A stretch of 64,000 nt of DNA from an uncultured Spirochaetaceae bacterium (GTDB lineage Bacteria; Spirochaetota; Spirochaetia; Sphaerochaetales; Sphaerochaetaceae): NCBI GenBank assembly GCA_944389115.1, contig CALXLE010000083.1:417-64416 (forward strand). Direction: 5' to 3'. Of the stretch, positions 10,478 through 20,901 are shown piece after piece; the stretch's first letter is position 1, and each line of letters opens with the position of its first letter. Position numbers and translations under genes: made by a program. The notes below the pieces were generated by a model that searched no databases, was not told the DNA's origin, and worked only from the letters and a program-made list of their open reading frames with translations.

Positions 10478-11436
10478 CAGAAATCAAGAAGCTCCACATT
10501 GAAGATAAGATAAGAATCTGGAGGAATTACCCCAGGATATCCATATTCACCGTATCCAAGTTCAGGAGGAATGATAAGAAGGCGTTTCTCCCCTTTTTTC
10601 ATGTTCTGAAGAGCCTCATTCCAGCCGTCGATAACCTGGCCAACACGGAATGTTGCAGGCTTCTCGCGTATCATGGATGAATCAAAAACCTTTCCATTAA
10701 GAAGCTCTCCCTGATAGTGAACAGTAACACTCTGTCCCATCTTCGGAGATTCGTTACCAGTTCCCTCTCTCTGGATAATATACCGTAACCCGGTAGAGGT
10801 TTTTATTGCATTAGGATATCGGTTATCAATTTCTTTCTCAACCTTTTCTTTTGCTGCCTTATGAGCCTCTCTGATCTTTTTCTCAACATTCTCAACAAGT
10901 GTTGCAAAAGATTCACCGGAAGCATCAAAGGATCCTGCATCCTTACCAACTCTGATTATCTCAACTGAATTTATACGATCGCCCTGCTCAATGCTGTTAA
11001 CCACATCCTGTCCATCAATAACGTGACCAAATACCGTATGTTTTCCATCGAGCCATGGTGTAGGTACATGTGTTATGAAGAACTGGCTTCCATTTGTACC
11101 AGGACCAGCATTAGCCATGGACAGTATTCCCGGCTTATCATGCTTAAGATCGGGATCAAATTCGTCTGGGAACCGATAGCCAGGACCACCCGTTCCATCA
11201 CCTTTAGGACATCCACCCTGGATCATGAAGTCCTTTATTACTCTATGGAAGGAAAGCCCATCATAAAAAGGAGTACCTTTATCATCAATATTCAAGGACC
11301 CCTCAGCAAGGCCAACAAAGTTGCAAACTGTCATAGGGCAGCGCTTATATTCAAGTTCAAGGAGAATATCACCCTTATCTGTATGTATTACTGCATAAAT
11401 ACCATCTTTAAGATTATTTTTATCCATCATTTTCAC
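10477..11436 (-). CDS. Dual-family peptidyl-prolyl isomerase: N-terminal cyclophilin fused to C-terminal FKBP domain
   Basis: Cyclophilin motifs [13 protein letters not shown] and [20 protein letters not shown] motifs [18 protein letters not shown] and VIDGW...IPPELGYG. Confidence 0.9.
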   Translation of the reverse strand: MKMMDKNNLKDGIYAVIHTDKGDILLELEYKRCPMTVCNFVGLAEGSLNIDDKGTPFYDGLSFHRVIKDFMIQGGCPKGDGTGGPGYRFPDEFDPDLKHDKPGILSMANAGPGTNGSQFFITHVPTPWLDGKHTVFGHVIDGQDVVNSIEQGDRINSVEIIRVGKDAGSFDASGESFATLVENVEKKIREAHKAAKEKVEKEIDNRYPNAIKTSTGLRYIIQREGTGNESPKMGQSVTVHYQGELLNGKVFDSSMIREKPATFRVGQVIDGWNEALQNMKKGEKRLLIIPPELGYGEYGYPGVIPPDSYLIFNVELLDF

Positions 11437-12416
11437 TCCGTAAAAAGTTCTCCTCCATCAGAAAGAAGAGAATATATTCTCTCAAGATCCTGCTGCGATC
11501 TATAGCGTATAAGAAGCTTACCCTTGCTGAGATTACCCTTAATCTCACATCTGTTGCCAATAGCAGAAACAAAGCGCTCCTCAATCTCAGTTATCTCAGG
11601 ATTATCATCTCTATCCTTCTTCTTAGGAACTATCTTATGTCCTTTATTGTATTCATCAGCAAGCTTTTCAGCTTCTCTAACGGATAAATCCCGCTCAATG
11701 ATCTTATCTCTAAGAAGTTTCTGATCAGAAGGATTCACTAGAGAAAGAATTGCCCGTGCATGGCCAGCAGAAATCTGACCCGAAATCAAATCATCCTTAA
11801 TCGAATCTGAAAGCGATAAAAGCCTTACAGAGTTCGCAATAGCCGATCTTGACTTTCCAACCTTTTCTGCAACCTGCTCCTGAGTCATATCCGAACGCTG
11901 CATAAGGTATTGATAAGCTGATGCTTCTTCAATTGGATTCAGGTTTTCACGCTGGATATTCTCAATGAGAGACATCTGGATTCTCTGCATCTCATTCAGT
12001 GATTTTATGATCACAGGAACTTTGCTTATTCCAGCCATTTTTGCAGCCCTGAAACGTCTTTCGCCAGCAATAATCGAATATCTACCTGGAACAATTTCCT
12101 CAACAATAATTGGCTGGATTATTCCCTGCTCTTTTATCGATACAGAAAGTTCCTTCAAAGACTCCTCATCAAAAGACTTTCTTGGCTGGTTTGGATTTGC
12201 AGAAATATTTGAAAGAGGAACATAAATTGCTGAAATCGAATCTGTTTTATCGGCCTTTTCTACCACTACCTTTGATGAAGAAACAGACGATGCAGATTCA
12301 GGTTTTTCAGAAGCTGTTGTCTTATTTATAATGTTCTCAACCTGGGAATCATAATCAAAACTTCCAAGCAAAGATCCGATTCCTTTTCCGAGACCATGCT
12401 TTTTATCACTGGACAC
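11433..12416 (-). CDS. parB: Chromosome partitioning protein ParB/Spo0J
   Basis: ParB box [13 protein letters not shown] region, and 11-nt overlap with the upstream parA. Confidence 0.9.
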   Translation of the reverse strand: MSSDKKHGLGKGIGSLLGSFDYDSQVENIINKTTASEKPESASSVSSSKVVVEKADKTDSISAIYVPLSNISANPNQPRKSFDEESLKELSVSIKEQGIIQPIIVEEIVPGRYSIIAGERRFRAAKMAGISKVPVIIKSLNEMQRIQMSLIENIQRENLNPIEEASAYQYLMQRSDMTQEQVAEKVGKSRSAIANSVRLLSLSDSIKDDLISGQISAGHARAILSLVNPSDQKLLRDKIIERDLSVREAEKLADEYNKGHKIVPKKKDRDDNPEITEIEERFVSAIGNRCEIKGNLSKGKLLIRYRSQQDLERIYSLLSDGGELFTE

Positions 12417-13167
12417 GGCTTACAACCTCCTTGGCAAGCTCAGCAAATGCTTTCGATCCAACATTTGACTTATCGTAATAATTAATAGGAAGACCATGGG
12501 AAGGGGCTTCCGACAATCTTATTGAACGAGGAATGATTGTTTTAAAAACAACATCGCTGAAAAAGGATGAAATATCTTCAACAACCTGCTGATTAAGAAG
12601 TGCTCGCTTCTGATACATAGTAAATAATATACCAAGCGTCTTAATTTTTGGATTAAGCTGCTTCTTAACATTACTTATGGTCCTCATAATAAGATTCAGT
12701 CCTTCCATTGCAAGATACTCGCACTGAAGCGGAATGATAATATAATCCGCCCAGGCAAGTGCGTTCATTGTTTCAAGGCCCAATGAAGGAGGACAATCAA
12801 GGAGAATATATTCAAAATCATCATCTATTGATTCTAATGCTGTCTTCAGAAAATACTCCCTGTTATTCTGATTTACAAGTTCAATAGATAGCCCTGCAAC
12901 ATCCAATGATCCCGGAATAAGATATAGATTATTGAATATGGTGGATTGAACAGCGATGCTCGCAGGGACATCACCAACAATCACCTGATATATATTAGGC
13001 TTCTTCAGATCACCGGACACGGCACCGGTCAGATTGCATTGGGCATCAAAGTCTATTAACAAAACCTTATGACCCATTTCAGATAAGGCAGATCCAAGAT
13101 TAACAGTTGCAGTTGTTTTTCCTACACCACCTTTCTGATTATAGAATATAATCTTATGAGCACTCAT
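12406..13167 (-). CDS. parA: Chromosome partitioning ATPase ParA/Soj
   Basis: Deviant Walker A NQKGGVGKTT. The start is trimmed to MSAHKIIF (ATG at 13167); the longer ORF-track extension is hydrophobic junk. Confidence 0.9.
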   Translation of the reverse strand: MSAHKIIFYNQKGGVGKTTATVNLGSALSEMGHKVLLIDFDAQCNLTGAVSGDLKKPNIYQVIVGDVPASIAVQSTIFNNLYLIPGSLDVAGLSIELVNQNNREYFLKTALESIDDDFEYILLDCPPSLGLETMNALAWADYIIIPLQCEYLAMEGLNLIMRTISNVKKQLNPKIKTLGILFTMYQKRALLNQQVVEDISSFFSDVVFKTIIPRSIRLSEAPSHGLPINYYDKSNVGSKAFAELAKEVVSRVQ

Positions 13168-13282
13168 ATATTCAAAATACACAATATAAACCAGTCTGTC
13201 ATCAAAAAGATTTGCCATTAACGACAAAATCTTGACCGGAAGAGAATGCTGTAGTATCTTAAAGCAACCAAAGGAGATAAAA

Positions 13283-13534
13283 ATGGCCACAGTAAGCATA
13301 GAAGCAATTAAAGAAGCCATTGATGCAATTCGTCCTGCATTGCAGAACGATGGCGGGGATATTGAATATGTCAGCTACGATGAAGCGGAGAAAAACGTTC
13401 ATGTAAGACTTGTAGGAGCATGTGCAGGATGCCCAATGAGTCAGCTGACTCTTACAAATGGTGTTCAGCGCTACATGAGAGAGACTCTCGACAAGGAGTT
13501 AACTATCATAAATGATGGGCAGCCAAGCTTCTGA
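13283..13534 (+). CDS. NifU-like (Nfu C-terminal domain) Fe-S cluster protein
   Basis: DGGDIEYV and GACAGCPMS (CxxC) motifs. AAGGAG SD lies 6 nt upstream of the ATG at 13283. Confidence 0.8.
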   Translation: MATVSIEAIKEAIDAIRPALQNDGGDIEYVSYDEAEKNVHVRLVGACAGCPMSQLTLTNGVQRYMRETLDKELTIINDGQPSF

Positions 13535-13558
13535 TCTGTAAGCTACAAAGAAAATATT

Positions 13559-13592
13559 GCAGGAGCATTCAAACAGCTCCTGCATTTTGTTT
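13559..13592 (+). terminator. Rho-independent terminator after the nifU-like gene
   Basis: Stem GCAGGAGC (13559-13566) pairs with GCTCCTGC (13576-13583), followed by ATTTTGTTT. Confidence 0.6.
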
Positions 13593-13603
13593 CACGTGAA
13601 ACA
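13588..13603. promoter_or_regulatory. parS: parS centromere-like site (perfect 16-bp palindrome TGTTTCACGTGAAACA)
   Basis: Exact match to the canonical chromosomal parS consensus TGTTNCACGTGAAACA, about 420 bp from the parA start. Confidence 0.85.
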
Positions 13604-14726
13604 AAGCAAATATTATCTTAATCATATGCTTATATGTTTTACCAAAAGTTCTTTATCAATCTAATCGAATTGCGGAATACACGCTTTAGATAATATTGAT
13701 TGTTTAAAGAATTATCTTCTAGGATTACGCAAGCACAATAAACAATCTTTAAGAAATAGCATTCAAGAATTCTTACACTCCAATCCAATATTCGGTTTTT
13801 AACAAACAACACCGAATATTTTCCATCTATTGACATTCAAATATCCCTTTGATCGTTTATTTCCAATCCCTATAGTTTATCAATAGAAGATCAGCCAGCA
13901 TTAGATACATACAACGCAGCATTTTTCTTAGCTTCTGAATAACTATTACAATAGCTAATTCTTTGCTTTTCTATTATACATTTTCGTTGTCATTATCTTC
14001 CAAATCAGAATTTTGCTCCGACATACTCCCCAAATTAACGCCAGTGACATAATCTTTTTTCATCTAACTCTGGTTAATTAACTTTTATGCATCTGATTAT
14101 ATAAAGCATATATTTTCCTCACCTCATACTCCGCCCATGATTGTAAATAACAAATATTTCATAAGCGCAAAAAGGATAATAGATAATAATAATATTTGCT
14201 GCTTCTTTTTATGAAAACTTTTCAATCGTTCTAGAAGATCAATAATATTGTATTTTCTTCAATGTTTCACGTGAAACTATAATCCTGTTTTCTCTTTAAA
14301 ATTTTATAGACTAAATATCAGGATAAGTATATATAATTATAAGGACAAGGATACTTTTCTATTTTCAATTTTTTTACCTTGTCTAATTTCAAAAACCGCG
14401 TTTAAACGCGTAAAACGGCCATTTTTAATATATTTTTCTATTAATAGAAACAGATTCCTCAGACTTACATCCTCAATTTTCCCTATTCAATAGGTATAAA
14501 ATTCGTTTGCTGATTTAAACTCTTTTCCTTATTTGTTTCTGTTTATAAATACGGTTTTGCCTTATTTTCTAATGAATTTCCGTGCGGATGTTTTAATTTT
14601 TTGAGTCATTTTTTATAATTATATTGTTTCGATACAATTTTTATTTATTATATGATTTGCCATATTGCATATTATTATCTGACTATGCTTCTTTCCATCA
14701 TTCAACTCTCTGAGTTTCTAAAAGGT
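13604..14726. other. AT-rich, ORF-free, palindrome-rich intergenic region (about 1.1 kb)
   Basis: No ORF over 65 aa on either strand. Hand counts of single 60-nt lines give roughly 18-25% G+C, against about 40-47% in flanking coding lines. Confidence 0.7.
14263..14278. promoter_or_regulatory. parS: Second parS-like site (TGTTTCACGTGAAACT, 15/16 match)
   Basis: One mismatch at the last position relative to the palindromic parS consensus. It lies inside the AT-rich region. Confidence 0.7.
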
Positions 14727-14760
14727 CATAAAATATCGCCTGCTATAAAACAGGCGATAA
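14727..14760 (-). terminator. Rho-independent terminator downstream of gyrA
   Basis: Minus strand reads TATCGCCTG-TTTTATAG-CAGGCGATA followed by TTTTAT, about 20 nt after the gyrA stop. Confidence 0.65.
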
Positions 14761-14780
14761 TCTTTTTATTCGATAAAGCG

Positions 14781-17264
14781 TTACTGATCTTCTTCAGATG
14801 ACTCAGAACCTTCATCTTCCTGAGACTCATCTTCCTGATACCCTGTAACGGCAATAGCATTGATAAGGTCGTCTTTCTTCTTGAATGTAGCAACCTTGAC
14901 GCCCATCGCAGCTCTTCCCTGGATTGATATATCTCTTGCATGGACTCTGATTGTCTGTCCCTTCAGAGTTATGATAACAACATCGGAATCGTCATCAACG
15001 GCCACTGCTCCTACAAGTCCTTTATCCTCAACCGTGTAAATCTTCTGACCCATTGTTCCACGGCCATGAGGCATGAACTGATCGAATCTGACCTGCTTGC
15101 CTTTTCCATTCTCTGTAATCATAAGGATTCTCTTATCATTATCAACAGGAACAACACCTACAACCTCATCTTCACCAAGAAGCCTTATGCCCCTGACACC
15201 ATGGGTTGCTCTTCCCATTGTCCTGACATCCTCTGCATGGATTCTCAGACCTTTACCGTTCTTTGTCACTATCATGACATCATCATCTTCTTTAACGAAT
15301 ATTGATGCGATAAGAGAATCGCCCTCATCAAGGATGATAGCCTTAACACCTCTTGCTTTAGCATTTATGAAGTCATTGAGCCTTACCTTCTTTGCAACAC
15401 CATAGCGGGTGACCATAAGAAGATAATCATCCTCAGAGAATTCGGAGAATGAGATAACGGAAGTTACTTTCTCATTATTCTCAATCTGGAGGAAGTTCTT
15501 TATATTTGCTCCCTTCGTATTCTTCGCACCTTCAGGAATCTCAAAAGCCTTGATGTAATATGCCTTTCCGAAATCCGTGACAAACATCACAAGATCATGG
15601 GATGAGCAGATGAAGAGATGATCAACGAAATCTCCATCAACCAGCTTTGCGCCTATTGTTCCCTTGCCACCGCGACCCTGTGCCTTATATTCGTCAGTCG
15701 AAAGTCTCTTTGCAAATCCTTTTCTGGAGATATTTATTACAACATCTTCCTTCTTTATGAAATCTTCAGGAGATGCATCATTGAGCTCCTGCTCCATGAT
15801 TTCTGTTCTCCTTCTATCTCCATAATTCTGACCGATTGCAATAATCTCATCGCTGACAACACCCAGAATCTTTCTCTTATCAGAAAGAAGATCCTTGTAA
15901 TATGCTATCTTGGCTTCAAGATCTGAAAGCTCATTGAGAATCTTATCTGTCTCAAGGTGAGAGAGTCTTCCAAGCTTCATATCGATGATGGCATCCGCCT
16001 GGATTTTATCGAGACTGAAGGCCTTCTGAAGCTCAAGCGAAGCTATATTGTTATCTTCGCTCTCCTTGATGATTCTTATGACTTCATCGATATTCTCAAG
16101 TCCTATCTTAAGGCCAAGAAGGATATGAGCTCTTTCCTCAGCCTTCCTAAGATCAAACCTCGTGCGTCTCTCAATGACTTCCTCTCTATGATCGACATAT
16201 ACAGCAACCATATCCTTGAGAGTCATAAGCTGAGGCTTTCCATCCTTAAGAGCAAGATTATAAGCATTGAAATTGCTCTGAAGGGCAGTGCGGCTGAACA
16301 GCATGTTAAGAACTATCTTAGGAACAGCTCCCTGCTTGAGTTCGACAACAACCCTTATACCATCCCTGCCACTTTCATCTCTTACAGCAGAGATATTAGG
16401 GATTATATTATCCTTTCTGAGATCATCAATCTTCTTCACAAGCTCTGCCTTATTAACCTGATAGGGCAGCTCAGTGAAGATTATCGCATCATGGCCTCTG
16501 TCATTCTCCTCAATCTCATAGCGTGATCTGATGACTATCTTGCCACGTCCCGTGGTATAGGCATCCATAATGCCTTTTTTACCACAGATGATTCCATATG
16601 ATGGGAAATCAGGACCTTTGATATAATTCATCAGTTCAGGGATGGTTATATCAGGGTTATCGATATAAGCACAGATTCCATCAACTACTTCCTGAAGATT
16701 ATGAGGAGCAAGGTTTGTAGCCATACCTACAGCGATTCCTGACGATCCATTCGTAAGAAGGAATGGGAATGCTGCTGGAAGGACCGCTGGCTCTGTTGTC
16801 GAATCATCATAGTTCGGAACGAAATCAACAGTCTCTTTCTGGATATCGGCAAGCATCTCCTCACCAATACGGCTCATCCTTGCCTCTGTATACCTCATTG
16901 CTGCAGGTGGATCACCATCGATAGATCCAAAGTTTCCCTGAGGCGATACAACTGGATAGCGTAGTGAGAAGTCCTGTCCCAGACGTACAAGAGCATCATA
17001 TACAGATGCATCTCCATGCGGATGGTACTTACCGAGAACATCACCTACAATACGCGCACATTTCTTGTTTGGCGTATTATAGCGGATTCCCTGCTCAAAC
17101 ATATCATAGAGGATTCTTCTATGGACAGGCTTGAGTCCATCCCTGGCATCAGGAAGCGCTCTGCTTATGATGACTGACATTGCATAGTTTATATAGCTGG
17201 TGCGCATCTCTTCCGAGATATCGGCATTGATTACGCGCCCTGTAAGTTCCTGGCTGTCTTCCAT
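14781..17264 (-). CDS. gyrA: DNA gyrase subunit A
   Basis: Matches [23 protein letters not shown], with the active-site Tyr in the AAMRYTE context. It has beta-pinwheel C-terminal repeats and an acidic tail; 827 aa. Confidence 0.97.
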   Translation of the reverse strand: MEDSQELTGRVINADISEEMRTSYINYAMSVIISRALPDARDGLKPVHRRILYDMFEQGIRYNTPNKKCARIVGDVLGKYHPHGDASVYDALVRLGQDFSLRYPVVSPQGNFGSIDGDPPAAMRYTEARMSRIGEEMLADIQKETVDFVPNYDDSTTEPAVLPAAFPFLLTNGSSGIAVGMATNLAPHNLQEVVDGICAYIDNPDITIPELMNYIKGPDFPSYGIICGKKGIMDAYTTGRGKIVIRSRYEIEENDRGHDAIIFTELPYQVNKAELVKKIDDLRKDNIIPNISAVRDESGRDGIRVVVELKQGAVPKIVLNMLFSRTALQSNFNAYNLALKDGKPQLMTLKDMVAVYVDHREEVIERRTRFDLRKAEERAHILLGLKIGLENIDEVIRIIKESEDNNIASLELQKAFSLDKIQADAIIDMKLGRLSHLETDKILNELSDLEAKIAYYKDLLSDKRKILGVVSDEIIAIGQNYGDRRRTEIMEQELNDASPEDFIKKEDVVINISRKGFAKRLSTDEYKAQGRGGKGTIGAKLVDGDFVDHLFICSSHDLVMFVTDFGKAYYIKAFEIPEGAKNTKGANIKNFLQIENNEKVTSVISFSEFSEDDYLLMVTRYGVAKKVRLNDFINAKARGVKAIILDEGDSLIASIFVKEDDDVMIVTKNGKGLRIHAEDVRTMGRATHGVRGIRLLGEDEVVGVVPVDNDKRILMITENGKGKQVRFDQFMPHGRGTMGQKIYTVEDKGLVGAVAVDDDSDVVIITLKGQTIRVHARDISIQGRAAMGVKVATFKKKDDLINAIAVTGYQEDESQEDEGSESSEEDQ

Positions 17265-17275
17265 ATCATTATTCC

Positions 17276-19321
17276 TTAGATATCAAGCGTCCTGACAAAT
17301 GTCGCATTCTGTTCGATGAACTCGCGCCTTGGCTCGACTTCCTCACCCATAAGCATAGAGAAGACTCTGTCTGCCTCCTCAGCATCCTTAAGGCATATCT
17401 TGCTGATCATCCTGGTCTCAGGATTCATTGTTGTCTCCCAGAGCTGCTCAGGATTCATTTCTCCAAGACCTTTATATCGCTGGATAGGTATCTTGTTTTC
17501 ATCAATTCCCTGTGCATTCTCTGCGAGAATTCTCTTCTTATCCACCTCATCATATGCATAGAAGATTTTCTTTCCGATAGTGATCTTATAGAGAGGTGGC
17601 ATAGCAAAATAGACATAGCCAGCCTCAATAAGAGGTCTCATGTAGCGGAAGAAGAATGTAAGAAGCAATGTTCTGATATGAGATCCATCAACATCGGCAT
17701 CAGCCATAATGATGACCTTATGGTATCTTACTTTCGACAGATCGAATGTCTTTTCCTTCTCTGCCGGTTTATCCTCATCACTATCGTAATCATCGGAACC
17801 AGTATCGTTATATCTTGTTATACCAGCCCCTATAGTCTGGATTACAGGCTGTAGCTTATCATTATTGAGAACCTTTGCTTCCTGGGATTTCTCGACATTC
17901 AGCATCTTTCCCCAGAGAGGAAGGATTGCCTGGAACTGCCTGTCACGGCCCTGCTTTGCAGATCCGCCTGCGCTATCACCCTCAACGATGAATACCTCAC
18001 ACTTCTCAGGGTCGCGCTCAGAGCAATCAGCAAGCTTTCCTGGAAGACCGCCGCCTTCGCTCTTTTTTCTGATATTCTCCCTTGCTTTCCTTGCCGCAAC
18101 ACGGCCAAGAGCTGCATTCGTAACCTTATCAAGGAGCTTATCGATTGAATCAGGGAATTCATCAAAGTAATTGGTAAGATTCTCATATACGAGAGAATCA
18201 ACTATTCCCTTTACATTCGAGTTGCCAAGTTTCATCTTGGTCTGCCCCTCGAACTGAGGATTAGGAATCTTTACCGATATGACAGCTGTAAGTCCTTCAG
18301 ATATATCAGAGCTCTCAAGGCTTTCAGAGTATTTCTTCATATATTTGACACTCTTCTTGAGCTGATTATTCAGACATCTTGAAAGAGCAGCCCTGAAACC
18401 TGAGAGATGAGTACCACCTTCACGTGTATTGATATTATTCACGAATGTATAGATTTTCTCATCGTATTTATCATTGTACTGAAGCGATACCTCAACCGAT
18501 ACCTCATCTTTCTGACATTCGAACGAAATAGGATCAAAAAGGGTGGTCTTGTATTCGTTAAGATACTTAACAAATGATGAAAGACCGCCTTCTGCATGGA
18601 ATTTCTCGCTCTTCTCAGGATCGATTCTTCTGTCGGTAATGGATATTGAAATACCTTTATTGAGATAGGAAAGCTCCTTGAATCTGGCAGCTAGAGTATC
18701 ATAATCAAATGAATTCTGCTCCATAATCTCGAAATCAGGAGTGAACTTCACTATTGTTCCCGTTCTATCGGTATCTCCTATTACCTCAACAGGCTTTTCA
18801 GGTATTCCCTTATGATAAACCTGCCTGTATACATGTGGAGCACGATGCACAGTCACTTCCATCCAAGAGGACAGGGCATTAACACATGATACACCTACGC
18901 CATGAAGTCCTCCCGAGACTTTATATGCGTTATGATCGAACTTTCCTCCAGCATGAAGCTGTGTGAGAACGACCTCAAGAGAGCTTTTTCCTTCCTCAGG
19001 ATGTATATCAACAGGAATACCGCGCCCATTATCCTCAACAGTGCAGATTTCCCCATCAGGACCATCCTCGAGATATACCTTGATATCATTGCAGTATCCA
19101 GCCATAGCCTCATCTATGGAGTTATCAACTACCTCATATACAAGGTGATGAAGGCCATCTATACCCGTGGACCCAATATACATACCTGGCCTGAGACGTA
19201 CAGCCTCAAGTCCCTTCAGGACAGTAATACCGCTTGAATTGTAGTCTTCGCTGGCTTTGATTTCAGCCTTGAGTTCGGCCTCAGAATGCCCTGCGATTTT
19301 CAGTTCATTGTCATCGTGCAT
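17276..19321 (-). CDS. gyrB: DNA gyrase subunit B
   Basis: GHKL ATPase motifs ([22 protein letters not shown]), Toprim EGDSAGG, and PLxGK ([11 protein letters not shown]). It lies directly upstream of gyrA. Confidence 0.97.
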   Translation of the reverse strand: MHDDNELKIAGHSEAELKAEIKASEDYNSSGITVLKGLEAVRLRPGMYIGSTGIDGLHHLVYEVVDNSIDEAMAGYCNDIKVYLEDGPDGEICTVEDNGRGIPVDIHPEEGKSSLEVVLTQLHAGGKFDHNAYKVSGGLHGVGVSCVNALSSWMEVTVHRAPHVYRQVYHKGIPEKPVEVIGDTDRTGTIVKFTPDFEIMEQNSFDYDTLAARFKELSYLNKGISISITDRRIDPEKSEKFHAEGGLSSFVKYLNEYKTTLFDPISFECQKDEVSVEVSLQYNDKYDEKIYTFVNNINTREGGTHLSGFRAALSRCLNNQLKKSVKYMKKYSESLESSDISEGLTAVISVKIPNPQFEGQTKMKLGNSNVKGIVDSLVYENLTNYFDEFPDSIDKLLDKVTNAALGRVAARKARENIRKKSEGGGLPGKLADCSERDPEKCEVFIVEGDSAGGSAKQGRDRQFQAILPLWGKMLNVEKSQEAKVLNNDKLQPVIQTIGAGITRYNDTGSDDYDSDEDKPAEKEKTFDLSKVRYHKVIIMADADVDGSHIRTLLLTFFFRYMRPLIEAGYVYFAMPPLYKITIGKKIFYAYDEVDKKRILAENAQGIDENKIPIQRYKGLGEMNPEQLWETTMNPETRMISKICLKDAEEADRVFSMLMGEEVEPRREFIEQNATFVRTLDI

Positions 19322-19514
19322 TGTCTTCCTTTTTCACGGCTCTTAATTATAAGGCAGGCCTCGTAGAGCAGGATTGTCAAAGCATGACCTAAAGAGCCGC
19401 AATACCTTATGTATTATATATTCCAGAGTTTTTTTCATCAAGCAGGCCAGATAATTGTAAAAACTTCATAATTTATTTTATTGCTTATATATACAATGTA
19501 ATCGAAATAGATGC

Positions 19515-19546
19515 TTGCTTTACGTTTTGCCTGATTGTAATATAAT
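19515..19546 (+). promoter_or_regulatory. Candidate dnaA promoter (TTGCTT - 17 nt - TAATAT, overlapping TATAAT 19541-19546)
   Basis: The -10 element ends 7-10 nt before the dnaA ATG at 19554, with no SD between. Confidence 0.4.
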
Positions 19547-19553
19547 CCTGCAT

Positions 19554-20900
19554 ATGTCTGATCTAGATAGAATTTGGAATGAGGCAGAAGCCCAGCTTGC
19601 AGAGGCTCTGCCTGAAGCAAAACGTATATATATCGATATGATTGAATACAAGGGTGAGAAGGATGGATCGATCGTTCTGGCTTTTCCCTCTGATTTCTAT
19701 AAGAACAATGCTGAAAAGAACTGCAGATCTGAGATAGAGAATACAATATCAGTCATTGCAGGCCATCATATTGATACTATTTTCATAACAGATGAGAACA
19801 GTACCAGGAAAAAAGAGCATAAGGCAAAACCCAGGACTCAATCTAAGTCAAAGACTGAGAATGCATCCAGAAATACAACTCTGAATAAGATTTATTCATT
19901 CGATAACTTCATTTCAGGTGATAACAGCAGCTTTGCATTCAATGCAGCAAGAGTAATAGCTCAGAATCCAGGTACAAGCTATAATCCATGCCTCATCTAT
20001 GGAGGTGTAGGTCTTGGTAAGACCCATCTTCTTCAGTCGATTGGCAATTACATAGATGAGCATAATCCGAAGATGAAGATTATCTATGTCACGGCAGAGA
20101 ATTTTACCAATGAGTTCATAAACTCGCTTCTTACCGATAAGGCATCAGCTTTCAAGATCAAATACAGAAGCGTTGATGTGCTTCTTATCGATGATATACA
20201 TTTTCTGCAGAAGAAGAACCAGATACAGGAAGAGCTCTTCCATACATTCAATGAGCTTTATGATAATCATAAGCAGATAGTACTTACCTGCGATAGGCCT
20301 ATAACAGAGCTTACAGATATAACAGACAGGCTCAAGACAAGATTCAGAAAAGGACTGAATGTAGATCTTCAGCCACCTGCATATGAGACAAGAATGGCAA
20401 TCGCGATACAGAAATGCAGAGAAAGAAACTATAAGCTCGATAATAATGTGCTGGAATTCATATGCCAGAGCATAGATACGAATATAAGAGACCTGGAAGG
20501 TGCTCTTACAACGCTGAGCTCATTTTCAGAACTTGTTGGCAAACCTATAACGCTGGATATAGCAAAAGAGCATCTCAAGAATTTCATTGTAGAACCTGCT
20601 ATAAAGAACAATGATATCTCTATTGATATGATAATCCGCAAAACGGCATCCTATTTCAATATAAAAGAGTATGATATCAAGGGTAAAAGCAGAAATAAGA
20701 ACATTATTCTGGCAAGACATATATCAATATATCTTTCATCAAAGCTGACGTCCTACTCTCTGTCTGAGATAGGAAAGATGATGAATGGAAAGGATCATAC
20801 AACGATAATGCATTCAGTTGACAGGATAAAATCCCTTATAGATACAGATGAATCTGTAAGAAATGCTGTCAATTCAATAGAAAGCAGCCTGATGGAATAA
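19554..20900 (+). CDS. dnaA: Chromosomal replication initiator DnaA
   Basis: AAA+ Walker A GGVGLGKTHL, box VII, and the C-terminal DNA-binding motif ARHISIYL...DHTTIMH. The start is taken at MSDLDRIW. Confidence 0.95.
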   Translation: MSDLDRIWNEAEAQLAEALPEAKRIYIDMIEYKGEKDGSIVLAFPSDFYKNNAEKNCRSEIENTISVIAGHHIDTIFITDENSTRKKEHKAKPRTQSKSKTENASRNTTLNKIYSFDNFISGDNSSFAFNAARVIAQNPGTSYNPCLIYGGVGLGKTHLLQSIGNYIDEHNPKMKIIYVTAENFTNEFINSLLTDKASAFKIKYRSVDVLLIDDIHFLQKKNQIQEELFHTFNELYDNHKQIVLTCDRPITELTDITDRLKTRFRKGLNVDLQPPAYETRMAIAIQKCRERNYKLDNNVLEFICQSIDTNIRDLEGALTTLSSFSELVGKPITLDIAKEHLKNFIVEPAIKNNDISIDMIIRKTASYFNIKEYDIKGKSRNKNIILARHISIYLSSKLTSYSLSEIGKMMNGKDHTTIMHSVDRIKSLIDTDESVRNAVNSIESSLME

Positions 20901-20901
20901 G

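Noticed and set aside
13168-13320. N-terminal extensions offered by the ORF track. Examples are parA to 13320, lipid kinase to 4397, nth to 45032, YibE/F to 60752, rnpA to 23800, ctpA to 31806 and eamA to 43232.
   Set aside because: The extensions overlap neighbouring genes or intergenic signals and are not part of the conserved family N-termini. Internal ATGs aligned with conserved N-terminal motifs (and often an SD) were chosen instead. Some of these starts remain uncertain.
13639-13836. 65-aa minus-strand ORF in the AT-rich region
   Set aside because: No SD is present and the composition is simply that expected from translating AT-rich DNA (Asn/Ile/Lys/Tyr/Phe). It has no motif and is likely spurious.
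13974-14063. 29-aa minus-strand ORF MKKDYVTGVNLGSMSEQNSDLEDNDNENV in the AT-rich region
   Set aside because: There is no convincing ribosome-binding site (CCAGAGTTAG before the ATG). The peptide is not hydrophobic or toxin-like. It cannot be supported without expression or conservation data.
17720-17800. Acidic ~20-aa insertion in GyrB ([22 protein letters not shown]) just before the Toprim DADVDG motif
   Set aside because: It is real in the translation, but short lineage-specific loops at this position are common in GyrB. No functional inference is possible from sequence alone.
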